Assembly (NCBI GenBank): GCA_030324005.1
Contig: JARDVH010000042.1
Span: 108,207,391 to 108,271,390 of the forward strand
Length of the DNA: 64,000 bases
Reading direction: 5' to 3'
DNA from: Negaprion brevirostris
Taxonomy: Eukaryota
Each line of letters begins with the position of its first letter. Position 1 is the stretch's first letter. The notes under the pieces were generated by a model, which made no database searches, was not told where the DNA came from, and saw only the letters and a list, made by a program, of their open reading frames with translations. Shown in pieces: positions 47,687 to 60,530 of the stretch. Made by a program: the position numbers and the translations under genes.

Positions 47687-48747
47687 CTCCTCTATTTGTT
47701 AATAATTTGTCAACAAATATTATACCCATATCAAATTTTATGGGGCTCTCTGAATTCAGTTCTCTAAAGGACAAGGAGATAGGCTGAAAGCCACTGCAAA
47801 CAGTCATCAGCGAAGTCAGCCTTAAAGCTCTTCCGAGAGAAGTCTGCCTTGCGAGAATGCTTTACGAATTGTTGTTCGACACTTTTAGTTCCTCTCATCT
47901 TCTGGCACCTTGCCTTGTATTTAGTGACTGTCCCACAAATCTTTGAAGCACTAGATTTTATATCACATTTAATTCTGTCACCTCCATGAACTCGTTCTTA
48001 CTTCTTTCAAAGGGAAACAGGGTTGGGCACTGGACCATTCACTTCCGAGTCTGCATTCTGGCCCTGAGCTGTGCAACTACAAGGAATCTGCCACATCAAG
48101 AGAGTACAGTCCACTTCCTGGTGGAAACTTTGGTTCACATCACGAGACATTCTCTAATTTGATAGGTAGTGGTAATCTCACTCGGAAATCCTGGTAACTG
48201 GAACAGGGAGTCACACTGANNNNNNNNNNTGCAGTCGTGAGGTGGGACAAAGTAGAGGGAGCATTCCTCTGTAGTAGTACCTTTCATGACCTTGGTGACT
48301 GAAATGGGAAATGTTCCACTCCTAAGCACCTACTGCCCCAAACTTGATGAGCTACTTGCTGAGCGTGACTGCTTTTTTTCAATTGTTGCAGTCTGAGTCT
48401 GCTGAAAAATATTTCCCTGTGGCATTTCCAATTTATTTGATATCAATATAATTCTGCACATTTATTTTTAATTTTCAATGTACTTCTCAAAATGACATCA
48501 GCGAAATACATTATCGTTTGTTTTATGCATGATTCATCAGAACACACTTAGTGGCATGCATCAGTCCAATTGAGAGCTACCTGTTGCGTCTCTGTCGGTA
48601 ACTTCTGTACAATGCTGAATATGATTTTGACTTAAATAATCCCAGCCATACAGCTCCGATGAACATATTGAATGCTGGATTTCAGGGATGTTGGTAATTA
48701 GGTGTGGTATTAAAGAGTGTTACTTTGTGGCTTCATTTCTGCAGGTT

Positions 48748-49075
48748 GAGGCCCAGTGGTGTTATCACTAGTCTATCAATCCAGTTACTCAGCTGATGTT
48801 CTGGGGACCCGAGTCCCCACAGCATATGGTGGAATTTGAATTCAATAAAATTTATCTGGAATTAAGAATCTACTGATAACCATTAAACCATTTTTGTCCA
48901 TTGTTGGGAAAGCCTATTTGGTTTGCCAATGTCCTTTGGATACTGTGTGAGTCCTTTAGGCCACCCTTACATGGTATGATCTACATGTGATTCCAGAGCT
49001 ACAGCAATATGGTTGACTCTCAGCTGTCCTCTGAACAAGGGCAACTAGGAATGGGACAGCCAGCATGTCATGTGA
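48748..49075 (+). mobile_element. tRNA-derived SINE, same family as 6980-7368
   Basis: GTTCTGGGGACCCGAG..GGTGGAATTTGAATTCAATAAAA..CTACATGTGATTCCAGA..AAGGGCAACTAGGAATGGG. Confidence 0.7.
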
Positions 49076-49223
49076 ACAAGATTTGTCATGGAGAGGAATT
49101 CTTTCTCCAAAGGCGGCAGGAAAATTAGAGGGTGCGTAAATCTACCAAGCTGTTTGTGCAGTCCATATTGTTGACTTGAAAGTAAAGCTGATAGAAATTC
49201 ACAAACGGATAGAGATGCTCACG

Positions 49224-49350
49224 GTGTGTGTGTGTGTGTGGGTGTGTGTGNNNNNNNNNNNNNNNNNNNNNNNNNNNNNNNNNNNNNNNNNNNNNNNNNN
49301 NNNNNNNNNNNNNNNNNNNNNNNNNNNNNNNNNNNNNNNNNNNNNNNNNN

Positions 49351-49422
<72 letters not shown>
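49224..49422. repeat. (TG)n(AG)n microsatellite spanning a gap
   Basis: Directly visible in the sequence. Confidence 0.95.
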
Positions 49423-49423
<1 letters not shown>

Positions 49424-50779
49424 TTGGTGCACAACCACATCATTACTTGGGAAGAAAAATGAGGAAATATTTTCCCTTGAGAAAGAAAAGGGAAATATTT
49501 TATAAGGAGCCAAAGTTCCCCATTGCAAATGCACTTCTAAGTGATGCATTAAATGGGATAAGTTGAAAGCATGAAATTGAAGTTAGATACTATGTGAGTG
49601 ATAATACAAAGTATACAACTGACAAGATGGAGATAGAAATTGCTATACTTCAAGTTTCAGCTCCATGGAGAATTAAGTACAGTGAGCCTATGTTGCGTGG
49701 CTAATTTTGCATCAACCTTTAGGTCATATTAGATTTGTAGATATGGGGGAAAGATTTCCTCTGGTTACATTGTAGATTAACAATATACATTATTCGCGAT
49801 TCTACTGTTTACTGAATACGAACAGGTGAACATGTCCGTTGCAGACATTTCTAATCATTTAATTAGAAATAATGAATACAAAAAATTTTCCAGCGACGTT
49901 TGTGTTGTTGCCGATGTATAGCCAACAGCCAAAATCATCCTCCCATCCACTGTGACATACCCATCAATGTAAAGTCTGTGTATATTTTCCTGTGGCCTTG
50001 CAGCGTATCAAAAACCAAATAAATTGTGCCTTGTTCCATGTTTTGACTGGTGCGATGTTTTCTAGCACATCCAGGCAGTTTCTATAAGTATTTGAATCTT
50101 CTTGTAATTATTGTAAACCGTGAGACACTTTGTCAATGAAATAAATATGATGCTTCACAGTCAGCAGAGAAAGCAACACTGCGTCACGACATGGCATTCC
50201 CATCAGCACTTAGGAACACTTGCTTGCCTCAGTGAGCGTCATGTCATTTTAACTGTGTGCCATACAACTCAAGTGTTGGAATAAACTGGGGTCAACTATA
50301 ACAAACAGACCACCAACTTTGCAAGTAATCATCTGTAGAGCCTAATCCAAATTGTTAAATTTATACTGAACAAAGCTCCGCAACTAGGGAAAGGATTCTC
50401 TTCAAGAGTCAATGCTCTTAATCCACAGGCAGTACTGACACTACAACAGGAGCTTGCATCCCAAGTGTTAAATGTGTTCAATTCCAGTCATTCTCCAGGA
50501 AGAGCAAGACCATATTGACAATGAGTAATTTCAGTCCTCATGGTTTATAATACAATTGCCTTGCTCTACTGTTATGAGTTTCATGAATTGAACCATCGTA
50601 ACACAAGAAAATGATCTTAATGCTTGGGTTAACCTGTCGTGACGACAAGAAAGTAGGAAACAATGAATAAGCAAAAGCAAAATTGTGCCTTAATTAAGAT
50701 CAGTCTCTCAAATCCTTTCTCCTGTTTCTGACCTAAGCAAGTTTTCACGTCCTCTTCTCTTACTTCCCATTTACAACCC

Positions 50780-51570
50780 TGTTGCTTCTACCAAAATTTT
50801 CCCCTTCTCTTTCACTGTATCCTCTTTCCACTTGTTGTATCCTGTTTCCACTTGTGCCTTCTTTCCACTCACCATGCTCTCTTTCCATTTACCACACCCT
50901 CTTTCCACTCACTGTGCACCCTTCTCTGCTCTCTCTGCTCTTTCCCCACTCACTTTGCCCTCTTTGCATTCACTGTGCTCTTATTCAAACCATTGTGCCC
51001 TTTTTCTATTCACTGTGTCCTATTTCTGATCTGTTACCTGTTTCCATTCACTGTGTGCAGTGGTCAGCACTGCTGCCTCACAACGCCAGAGACCCGGTTT
51101 CGATTCCTGATTTGGGTCGCTGACTATGTGGAATTTGCACGTTCTCCTCATTTCTGCGTGGTTTCTTCTGGGTGCTCCAGTTTTCTCCGATAGTCTGAAA
51201 GATGTGGTGGTTAGGTGCATTGGCCATACTGAAATTCTCCCTCAGTGTACCTGAACAGGCGCCAGAGTGTGGCAACTAGGGGATTTTCACAGGAACTCAT
51301 TGCAATGTTAATGTAAGCCTACTTGTGACACTAATAAGTAAATTTTAAAAATGCTTTCAATTTTAACTGTGACCTCTTCTGCTCGGTCATCTGTCTTCTC
51401 GCCATTCCCTTTTTCGACCCGCTGTACCCACTTTCCATTTGTTGTGCACTCTCTTCCCGATGTCCTCTCCTTTTTCCGCTCCCTGTACTATTTTTCCACT
51501 TGCTGTGCACTCTTTCCTCTCGCTGTGCTCTCCTCTTCCAGCTCCTCCCATTTTGAAGCTTTTATTTGAC
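50780..51570. repeat. Degenerate pyrimidine-rich minisatellite (TTTCCA[CT]TCACTGTG-like units) split by a SINE
   Basis: Recurrent TTTCCACTCAC / TTCACTGTG / TTTCCACTTGCTGTG motifs roughly every 20-25 bp on both sides of the SINE. Confidence 0.6.
51053..51345 (+). mobile_element. HE1-type SINE, tail B
   Basis: CAGTGGTCAGCACTGCTGCCTCAC...GTGTGGCAACTAGGGGATTTTCACAG..AAGCCTACTTGTGACACTAATAAG. Confidence 0.85.
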
Positions 51571-51999
51571 CCTCTTGCAATAGTAAATGAATTTGAATAG
51601 AACGGCATATAAATCCTGCCCTGGTCATCGGATTTCTGGGTTTACTTTTGGAAACAAATAGAACCCAGGAACAGAAGAAAGTTCTATCTTCTCACAAAAG
51701 TTAGACTTGCCTCATTTTAACTGTTTCTCCAACTGCAATACCAAGACAAGTTTGCATAAATAAAATCATGATATTGCATTTTCAGCAGATTGAATCGTAG
51801 TGATTGATAGATTCTGGCCCTGTATGTGTTTGCTGATCACCCAGTCTGTGCTGGCAATGTTCTGAATAGGTTTGGCTGAATCCATGGAACTCCTGGTCAT
51901 TCTGGGGAGGATAGAAACTCTAATCGAAGGTACAATTTTCTGTGCCTCTTTTTTTCCTCAGAGTTTGAATTTTAAACTGATATCATTATCAGCGTGGAG

Positions 52000-52650
52000 T
52001 TACAGCAGGCAGTACAGAAGGTAAATGGTATTTTAGCCTTCAAAGCAAGAAGATTTAAATGTAGGAATAGGGATATTTTACTGCAGTTGTATAAGGCAAT
52101 GGTGAGGCCACACCTGGAGTATTGCATGTAGTTTTGGTGTCCTTATCTGAGTAAGGATGTCCTTGCTATAGAGGGAGTGCAACGAATGTTTACCAGATGT
52201 TTCCTGGGACGGCAGGTCTGGCACACGAGGAGAGATGAAATTGGTTGGCCTTATGTTCACTGGAGTTTAGAAGAGAGGGGATCTTATAGAAACATACAAA
52301 ATTCTGACAGTTTTAAACAGGGTAGATTGAGAAAGAATGTTCTTGACGGTGGGCAAGTCCAGAACCAGGGGTCACATTTTGAGGATAAGGGGTAAACCTT
52401 TTAGGACTGAGGTGAGGAGAAATTTCTTCACCCAGAGGGTGGTGAATGCATGGAATTCACTGCCACAAAACGTAGTTGAGGCCAAAATGTTGTCTGATTT
52501 CAAGAAGAAATTAGATACAGCTCTTGAGGTTAAAGGGATCAAGGGACATGGGGGCAAGGGGGATCAGGATATTGAATTCGATGATCAGCTATGATCAAGA
52601 TGAATGGCAAAGCAGGCTCGAAGGGCCAAATGGCCTAAGTTTCTATGTTT
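52000..52650 (+). mobile_element. CR1 LINE 3' end
   Basis: Peptides LQLYKAMVRPHLEYC and TRGHILRIRGKPFRTEVRRNFFTQRVVNAWNSLP; tail GGCTCGAAGGGCCAAATGGCCT..TTTCTATGTT. Confidence 0.9.
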
Positions 52651-52699
52651 GTCCACCAAAACCTGGCCCCAGTTGAAATCGGGTCCATAACAATAACAA

Positions 52700-52832
52700 A
52701 ACAAAAGCAGAAACTCCAGATGATGGTGTTCTGAAATAAAAATTGAAAATGCTGGATAAATTGAGAAGGTCTGGCAGCATTTGGAGAGAGCAATAGAGTT
52801 GATGCCTGCAGTATGGATGACTCTTCTTCACT
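52700..52832 (-). mobile_element. Penelope-like terminal-repeat fragment
   Basis: GAAAATGCTGGATAAATTGAGAAGGTCTGGCAGCATTTGGAGAGAG..GATGACTCTTCTTCA. Confidence 0.6.
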
Positions 52833-52925
52833 GGGGTCATGATGTTTTTTCACAGAAATCCTCCAAAAATTGTGAAAATCTGGATGTTTCTAAATTGATA
52901 ATCCACAGTAAGAATGACCTTGTCA

Positions 52926-53104
52926 AAGAACAAAGGAAATTACAGCGCAGGAACAGGCCCTTCGGCCCTGTAAGCCTACACTGACCATGCTGCACATCTG
53001 AACTGAAACTCCCTACCCTTCCACGGACCACATCCCTCTATTCTCACCCTATTCACGAATTTGTCAAGATGCCCCTTAAAAGTCACCATTGTATCTGCTT
53101 CCAC
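52926..53104 (-). mobile_element. CR1 LINE 3' tail
   Basis: AAGAACAAAGGAAATTACAGCGCAGGAACAGGCCCTTCGGCCC...TATCTGCTTCCAC. Confidence 0.75.
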
Positions 53105-54546
53105 TTAACTGTCCAGGTTGATAAGTTAACTTGGTATGACGAACTGCATTAGTAGGTATTTAGTTACAACTTGGATGTTTGGAAAGGAATGTGAGGGAAA
53201 TGTATTATTTGAGACTGAACTGCAGCAGTCTTGGTAAATGTGCCTTTGAGCTTAAAGAGAAGGTGCTAGTTAGTTCAATCTTTCTCTCCAATTGTTTCTC
53301 TCATCTTTCCTTGTTCTATAATTTCTGTGTTGCCTCTGAGTCTTTACTCATCGCAATACAACAATTGCAGTTGCTTTAAAGAAAAGAAGCTGCTTGCAAA
53401 TGAGGAAGACACTTCCCAACTGTGCAACTTGACTAAAATGTCCCTTTGCCTTTACACAGTTAAAGGAAAAGTTGCTGTCACTGCAAAAGTGATCTGATCA
53501 GCGATAATTATATAATGATTCACTTGAAAACATTTTATTACCAATCTACTTCAGAGGGGTGATGGGTCAGTGACAGCAGGCTGGCACATTTGCTGTGATA
53601 TAGTGTCTCTGTTGTTAGTGCAATGTCAACTGTGATTTCTGCCTCGCGTTTTGTCCCGTTATTTAAGCAAAGTGCCGTCATGCTGCTGAATCTCTGGAGC
53701 AGCATCTTGAAAATTGAATATGAAAAATGTATTTGTGTATTGGAGATGACATGTCATCGTAAAATGCGTTCAACATTAATTTTGAGACATGATTTTAGTA
53801 CATCAATAACAGAAGCAACACTCTGCTTACTACGTGGGGGATGCTGGCACCAATTCAGGACCCCCATCAGTGCCTATTGCACACTTCACTCAAAAGTCTC
53901 CTCCCTTTTGTATGCGCTTTTCTCCATAACCGACACTGCAACAGACCTGGGAATGTTAAGAAGCATCTGGCTGTTGAGGATTGCTGTTTAGGATGTGGAT
54001 TGAGAGTGACAGGAGTGGACTTCACTTGTCATTTATTGTTCTGTTATGATGGGTAGAGGAGAGAGGGGGAGGAGGAAGAGTTCTTGCGCCCATTCATTGC
54101 GTATTGGGTACCTGCCTACTTGTCTGTTTGGATTGGAGAATTCCACAGATACATCAACATGGAAACTGGGCTAAGGATGAGAAATTTGAAGAACTGATCA
54201 GGATTTTCTTTTTATGCTGTTTTGGCTTCACTTTACAAGATGTCTGCCTGTAAACTACAGAGTCTCCTCCATTGGGATGGTTATTTACATGTTATAATGT
54301 AATTTTTGATCTNNNNNNNNNNNNNNATCTGCTGGAGTGTTGTTGTATTTGCACTCATTTACAAAGCAGACAAATGCTCTCGAAAGGTGAAAGGATTTTG
54401 CAGAGTTTCTAAATTTGTTTTTGTCTCTCTGTGTTTTTGCAGGTTCTGAACACACAGCATCTCTACTTTCAGACTGCACTTACTTGCAGCAGCTTGTAAG
54501 ACAGTGAGAACGAGGCTGCCAAAGGCTGCTGGTGCCAAGCTGTCGG

Positions 54547-54610
54547 ATGATGCATAAAATCAGGCCTCTGGTGGTGTTCCTATGCTTCCTACTACGTGTT
54601 AATGCTGAGG
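54547..54610 (+). CDS. PTPRD: First coding exon (signal peptide) of receptor-type tyrosine-protein phosphatase delta; exon 54443-54610, CDS continues beyond the window
   Basis: Acceptor TTGTCTCTCTGTGTTTTTGCAG| ends at 54442; in-frame TGA at 54505; ATG at 54547; phase-1 donor GAGG|GTAAGT at 54610/54611. Peptide MMHKIRPLVVFLCFLLRVNAE aligns without gaps to human PTPRD [21 protein letters not shown] as I recall it (same length, shared H..R and LR..AE). Confidence 0.88.
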
Positions 54611-57463
54611 GTAAGTCCAATTCTACCATTAGATTTACCTCATTTTGCAGAGTGTCTTATTATCTTCCTCTCCCTCCCCCTGTCCAAGCTCCTGCACATA
54701 CTCATTAAACTTATCCGAAGGTCTATAACAGAAGGTCTGCAGGGACGTATGAGCCTATCTTTAGATCTGGCTGCCATTTTTTTTCCTTCGCACAGTTGGA
54801 AATGGAGCCTGCATCAGATATCTGACTGCTGTGTAGGTTAGCTCACATGCTTTCAGGATCTACTGTGTGCAAGAAACCATTGCAACATCCTGAACAGGAC
54901 AGTACAATACCCAATAATGTAATGTGCTACGAAGCTGACAGAAGCACGGATATTGGTGTAAATTTCACACGTCACCTTGGCAATTATTAGCAAGTGCAAC
55001 AAACCTAGTGTGACACAACATGCTTTTGTTCATTCTGAGAACCAGAGTGCTTGCAAGTCTATAAAAGAGTGATACATTTTTATATATTTCCATCAGAAAT
55101 CTTGCTTTGTGCTGAATTCTTCTTTTAGAATGATACCCAGGTTGACAAAAAAAATCTAAGAATAAGAAAGACTGGTTCTGCTCTAATTTGGAAGTGATTT
55201 TGAACTTTGGGTTCTTAAATACAATACGGGTACATTTATCAAGCTAGGTTTTTGTCCTCCCTTGTCCTTTTGTTCTGTTGGTAATGTGAGAAACGGCTGA
55301 TTAACATTCACGTATTGCATGATGGTCCTGACTCCACGCAGTGACATTGGCTCTTGAGTAAACAGTAGGTTCCTGTAGCTCAACAGCTTTGCTGTTTACC
55401 CTCTGATTATAATGAAATGAAGATGAACTTGCAGAATTCAGAACCACAAGACAGCAGCAACAGCAGTAGACACCACCCATCAATATAACATGAAATGAAG
55501 ACAGACTTGCCATTTGTTAGGAATAGTTAGCAAAAAAGCAAGAAGCCTTCTCTGTGTGGGGGCAGAGTACAGTAAACCATATGCCACTTGCATTGCGATG
55601 CGTTCACTGCTCTGTTGAGCCATCTGTACTCTCACTGCCAGAGATTCTGCCAAATCTACTGGTCTCAGTATAACAGGCCAGTGCTAATTTCAAACTTGAG
55701 CGTTTCTTTGCTTTAAGCCTTGCTTAGACCTTCAATATATTTCACTTTTGCCAAAAAAACACTTCTAACAATAGGGAGAAAAGAATAGGGGTAAAAAAGT
55801 AAATTCAAATAAATGGAAATGATTACTTGACNNNNNNNNNNNNNNNNNNNNNNNNNNNNNNNNNNNNNNNNNNNNNNNNNNNNNNNNNNNNNNNNNNNNN
55901 NNNNNNNNNNNNNNNNNNNNNNNNNNNNNNNGACAATATACTTTGCTGTTTAACATTGATATTAAAGATATCTATTTAGAAATATTGCAATTTAAAATCT
56001 GCTGTCGCTCACTATGTACCAGGAAAGAATCCAGTATGTGTTGGGCTCAAATAGAGGTCAATTGATGACATCATTACATTACAACCGTGAGAATGGAATG
56101 TTGTTCTGTAAAGGGTCACTGAGCATGAATGTATTTTTGTTGCATCCATTTGTTGATGAAAATACATCCCAACGTGTCCAACAATGCACGGCAAGCTGTT
56201 TGTTTCAGGATAGAAAAGGGAGGGTGACCGAAAGGGAGAGAAGAATTTTGAGCATTTGGTCTCCTGTCATCTGAAATTAATATATCGGATGTGATATTTT
56301 CTCTTCATATACTGAGGGATTGATGTCACAGTACAGTACATTTGCTTCTGCAGCTGAATTTACACATTATTGGGTAGCTGCAGTAATTCTGTACCTGTTT
56401 AAAATGAAGCTATTGAAAAACCATTTATTCTTCATGTTGTGCTGTCAATTGCATGCATGCTCGGCAGTGCTGAGGCTTCGCAGTAACGTTACTGAATGAT
56501 GTCATTCAGTGGTATTGGTCATTTGAATGTCACGGGTAGGCAGGTGGAGTCTTTATATTACGAGACAAAAGTGTTTCTGTCCAAAGTGTTCCTTTTCAAG
56601 CACTAGTTTCGGAGTAATGATTGTTTAAGAATGATCATTTGTACAAGGGGGAAAAAAAAACTTAGAAGAACAAAATCAGTTGAATTGGGCAATAAATAAA
56701 TGTTGCATCAACTTTTTAAAGCTGGTTCTAATTCTGAAATTGGGACACACTTGCAAATCCTCTTTGGTGAATTAAAAGAGATTGTATGTTTTTCTCCAGA
56801 GCCAATGACCTAATAAAATTGAGGGAATGCAAAGCTTTGAAAGGAGTGATTTACAAGGATGTGATTTTGGTTAGTTGGCAGATTATTACAGAATAATATT
56901 CTTTCTACTCTGAAGTAAGGGGCTAACCTGAAGGTTTTTAAATGCCAGTGGAAGATGTGCGAGATTACTATTTCAGTAATCTCACACATCTGACCACCAT
57001 GCCTTTATTGCAATTATTTATGTAAAAGGAAAATTTCGTCCTGAAACCTGAGAATTATTTCTTAAATATTGTCACGCTATGCATTGTCGAATAGAAATAG
57101 GCATAATTTGAGAAGAAGCCAAACCACAAATTATCATGTCAGCTGAAGCAATAATTTGTCCCTAAATAACAGGTATAAATTCATGTATCTCTAGAATTTA
57201 ACATAAAAATCTGCAAACTGATTGATTTTCAACTTAATGACACATGAATATATCAAAAACAAATTAACACATTGACACACTGATCAATGCATTTGCAGAT
57301 TGTTTGATTATTCTGTTGTATTCTCTAGCAATATGCCATGATTTGCATTTTGTTTACACAAACGTTGATATAAACCATTGAGTTAAGCCTTTGCTGTAGC
57401 ATGTTAGATAAACGTGAAGCTGAGGCAGACATGGAGTTATAGGGAAAGAACAGGGCAGAGGAT

Positions 57464-57986
57464 TAAAAACAGCAAATGCTGGCAAAACTCAGCAAGTCTG
57501 GCAGCATCTGTGAAGAGAGCAACAGAGTTGTCAGTCTGCATGACTCCTTCAGAATTCAAGAGAGGGAGAAATGCGATGGATTTTGGACTGTTGGAAAGGG
57601 TGTTGAGCAGAAAAGAAGTTGAGTGATAGATGGGAGCTGGGAGAGATTACAACAAAGATGTGTAAGGCACAAGACAGGAAGCATTAATGAAGGAAGGATT
57701 AATGAAGGATTCAGCATTAGTGAAGGATTCAGCATTAGTGAAGGAAAGGTGCCAACAGTAGAATAACGCCAGAACATGTTAATAGGAGAGCAATGGTCAA
57801 TGCTCAGTGAAGCAAAACTTAAGAGCAAATAATAGATGGCCCAATGGGGGACAGGAGGGGGACAAGACTTGAAACATTAACCCTGATTCTCTTTCTACAG
57901 ATGCTTCCAGACTTGCTGAGCTTTTCCAGCATTTTTTGTTTTTATTTATTTCAGATTTCCAGCATCTGCCGTATTTTGCTTTTATT
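57464..57986. mobile_element. Penelope-like non-autonomous element with inverted ends
   Basis: AAATGCTGGCAAAACTCAGCAAGTCTGG at the left end and CCAGACTTGCTGAGCTTTTCCAGCATTT at the right; internal 18-bp tandem GAAGGATTCAGCATTAGT. Confidence 0.65.
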
Positions 57987-58204
57987 ATATGGGCAGAGGA
58001 TTAGTTTGGATTATTATACTGACAAAGAAAGCCAGGTGATAGATGATGACACTGCAGCCAATGTTTAATCAATCTTACATTTCTTNNNNNNNNNNNNNNN
58101 NNNNNNNNNNNNNNNNNNNNNNNNNNNNNNNNNNNNNNNNNNNNNNNNNNNNNATTTTACCCCCCCCCCCCCCCCCCCCCGGCCGCCAAAATCCCTGTAC
58201 AGCA

Positions 58205-58555
58205 TCGTAGAATCCCTACAGTGCACAAGGATGCCATTCAACACATTGAGTGCACACCAGCTCTCTGACAGAGCATCTCACCCAGGTCCTCTTCTCCACC
58301 CTATCCCCGTAACCCCACACATTTAGCATGGCTAATCCATCCAATTTATAACTTTGGGACCCTTAAGGGGCAATTTTACCATGGCCTATCCACCTAAACA
58401 ACATGTCTGTTGGATTGTGGGAGGAAACTGGAGTACCCAGAGGAAATCCATGCAAACACGGGGAAAATGTGCAAACTCCACCCAGATAGCTGCCCAAGAC
58501 CAGAATTGAACCCTAACTCCTTGCACTGTAAGGCAGCAGTGCTAATCACTGTCCT
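58205..58555 (-). mobile_element. HE1 SINE
   Basis: TAGAATCCCTACAGTGCAC...GAATTGAACCC..GGCAGCAGTGCTAATCACTGT. Confidence 0.85.
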
Positions 58556-59859
58556 GCCTGTACATGGTACCTGCCATTTTTGTTGGGACAGCAATGGGCC
58601 CGGGTTGCGATTTATGTCTGTACGTCACACAGGGCAACTGCCTTGTGCAGAGTGGACTGGTAGGAGCAGCTCTGAACTTTGTGTATTAGCAAGGATAGCC
58701 AGGATAGCCTTTTGAAGAGTTAAGGTACCTGGTAGGATGTGGGATACCTTTGGGTGAAGGTTAGGTGCTTTTTGGGAGAGGCAGGGTGACTCTTGGGATT
58801 TCTAAAAGCAGGCTTGGATGTGCATAAACTCATTAAAACTGTGAAGCTCAATGAAACTGTCGAAAACAACTCAAAAAATGCCAAGACATGCTGTCAAGGC
58901 ATTTAAAACACTGCCCTTTAACACTTTGAAAAATAAACTGTCTGGAGTGTTAAAACATGATACTTTGTCTGCTCCCTAAGCCTTAGGGTTATCATTGCTG
59001 GATTAGTGCTGCATGACTGATTTCAAAATGTCCATTATCAATGTATGGTGCCTGCTATTTCACAGTTTGATTGACGTTTCCAAGTGGTTATGGTTTTTGA
59101 AGTAGGGCTATGAATTCAAATGCTTGTGTTTTTATAAGGGATTATGCAAATAAATGAAATGTGCGTTATAAAAGATAATGTAGCTGAAGGAAAATAAATG
59201 TAGTAATTTTTTTTGTGAATGAGAGTATTTGTTTTAAATGGAGTCTGTAGTAGCCACTTCTTATCATGGGTTCTAAGATCTGCCCATGGTGGATACTGGG
59301 TGAGTTGGCATGGTTGATGTATGGACAAAGTGTGCTGGGTGTGGGAATGGGTTGGTGCCACGTTGGCATAGATCTATTAAGGGCCAGGCAGGTGGGCAGA
59401 AAGCATAGGTCAGCATGGGTATGAGTGGGCAGAGGCATGGAGGCTGTGAGGAGCTAGGAGGTGGGTGGGGACATGAGGTATCATGGGTTAGTGTTGATAG
59501 AGCATGGGAGCGTGGGGTTGAGGTGGCATGAGGGGTGAGGGCTCGAAGGCTGTTTTATGTTTTCCTATTTTTCAAAAAAATTTTGATACATTTGCCTTCT
59601 GACCGGCCAGCCATAGCACCCTGCATCCCGCCCACTCATTCCAGTCACTTAGCCAAACTCCCAGGGAGCCCCACCACCCTGGAATGAAAACGTGACCTTC
59701 CAGGCCACTTTCTCCAAGGAGGTGGAGCTTGGAAGTGTTCCACAAAAATGGTGGCCCAGAGTGTGTCTTTATGCGCAAGTGAAACCATAATTAATGCCAC
59801 CATAAGCATATAATTAAGCTCCAAATATGTCCTCCTCATACCTTGCTTCATCAAACCCT

Positions 59860-60092
59860 ATCTGAATGTCCTTTTCCATTCTTCCTCGTGTACTTGATGC
59901 TGTTCACCTCATTGATTCCATGTAGTTCCATGTTCTAACCACTCTTTGGTTAAAGTAGCTATTCCTGAATTCCTATGGGAATGATTAGTGACTAACTTGC
60001 ATTTATTGGCTCTGGTTTTGGACTTTTTAACAAGTGGAAACTTTTCGTCCGAGTACACTCTATCAGGCCTCTTCATAAGTTTGCAGATCAAG
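59860..60092 (-). mobile_element. Old CR1 ORF2 C-terminal fragment
   Basis: Peptide KLMKRPDRVYSDEKFPLVKKSKTR; plus-strand TTCCATGTTCTAACCACTCTTTGGT corresponds to the 'QRVVRTWN' motif. Confidence 0.6.
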
Positions 60093-60199
60093 GAAAGAAG
60101 CTCAACAATTTCCATCTTTACTGTGGTGCATTCTGGATATATTCTGACTGGACAAAATCGTAAATGTGGCAATTCTCTCAAAGTGCATTCATGTTTTTA

Positions 60200-60530
60200 A
60201 GTCCTCATCAAACAGAATGGCCTCAAGCAGAATGAAAGATGACCACATTCTCAGTAACTTTCTACACATGGTGAAGTAGTCAGAACCAGATGACCAAGTA
60301 GGTCTTCTTTGACATTGATGATCGCACCAGGTAGCCACTAGCTGCTGACAGAGGAAAATGGTGACACCTCCTATTGCGGGTTGACCACAATACCATGATG
60401 ACCATGGGCTATGCTGGCTTTGCAACAGAAACCGTCGCTGAAAGTAATCGCCCACAATGACACAATGTAGCTTCACGTGCCGCACTTGTGGTAAAACCTG
60501 CATCACAAGGATTGACATCCTCAGCTGTCA
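60200..60530 (+). mobile_element. Old RTE-type LINE C-terminal fragment
   Basis: Zinc-finger-like peptide SFTCRTCGKTCITRIDILS. Confidence 0.5.

Noticed and set aside
57680-57745. CRISPR-like or regulatory array of GAAGGATTCAGCATTAGT
   Set aside because: Only 2-3 adjacent copies with no spacers; a local slippage duplication inside a Penelope-like element.
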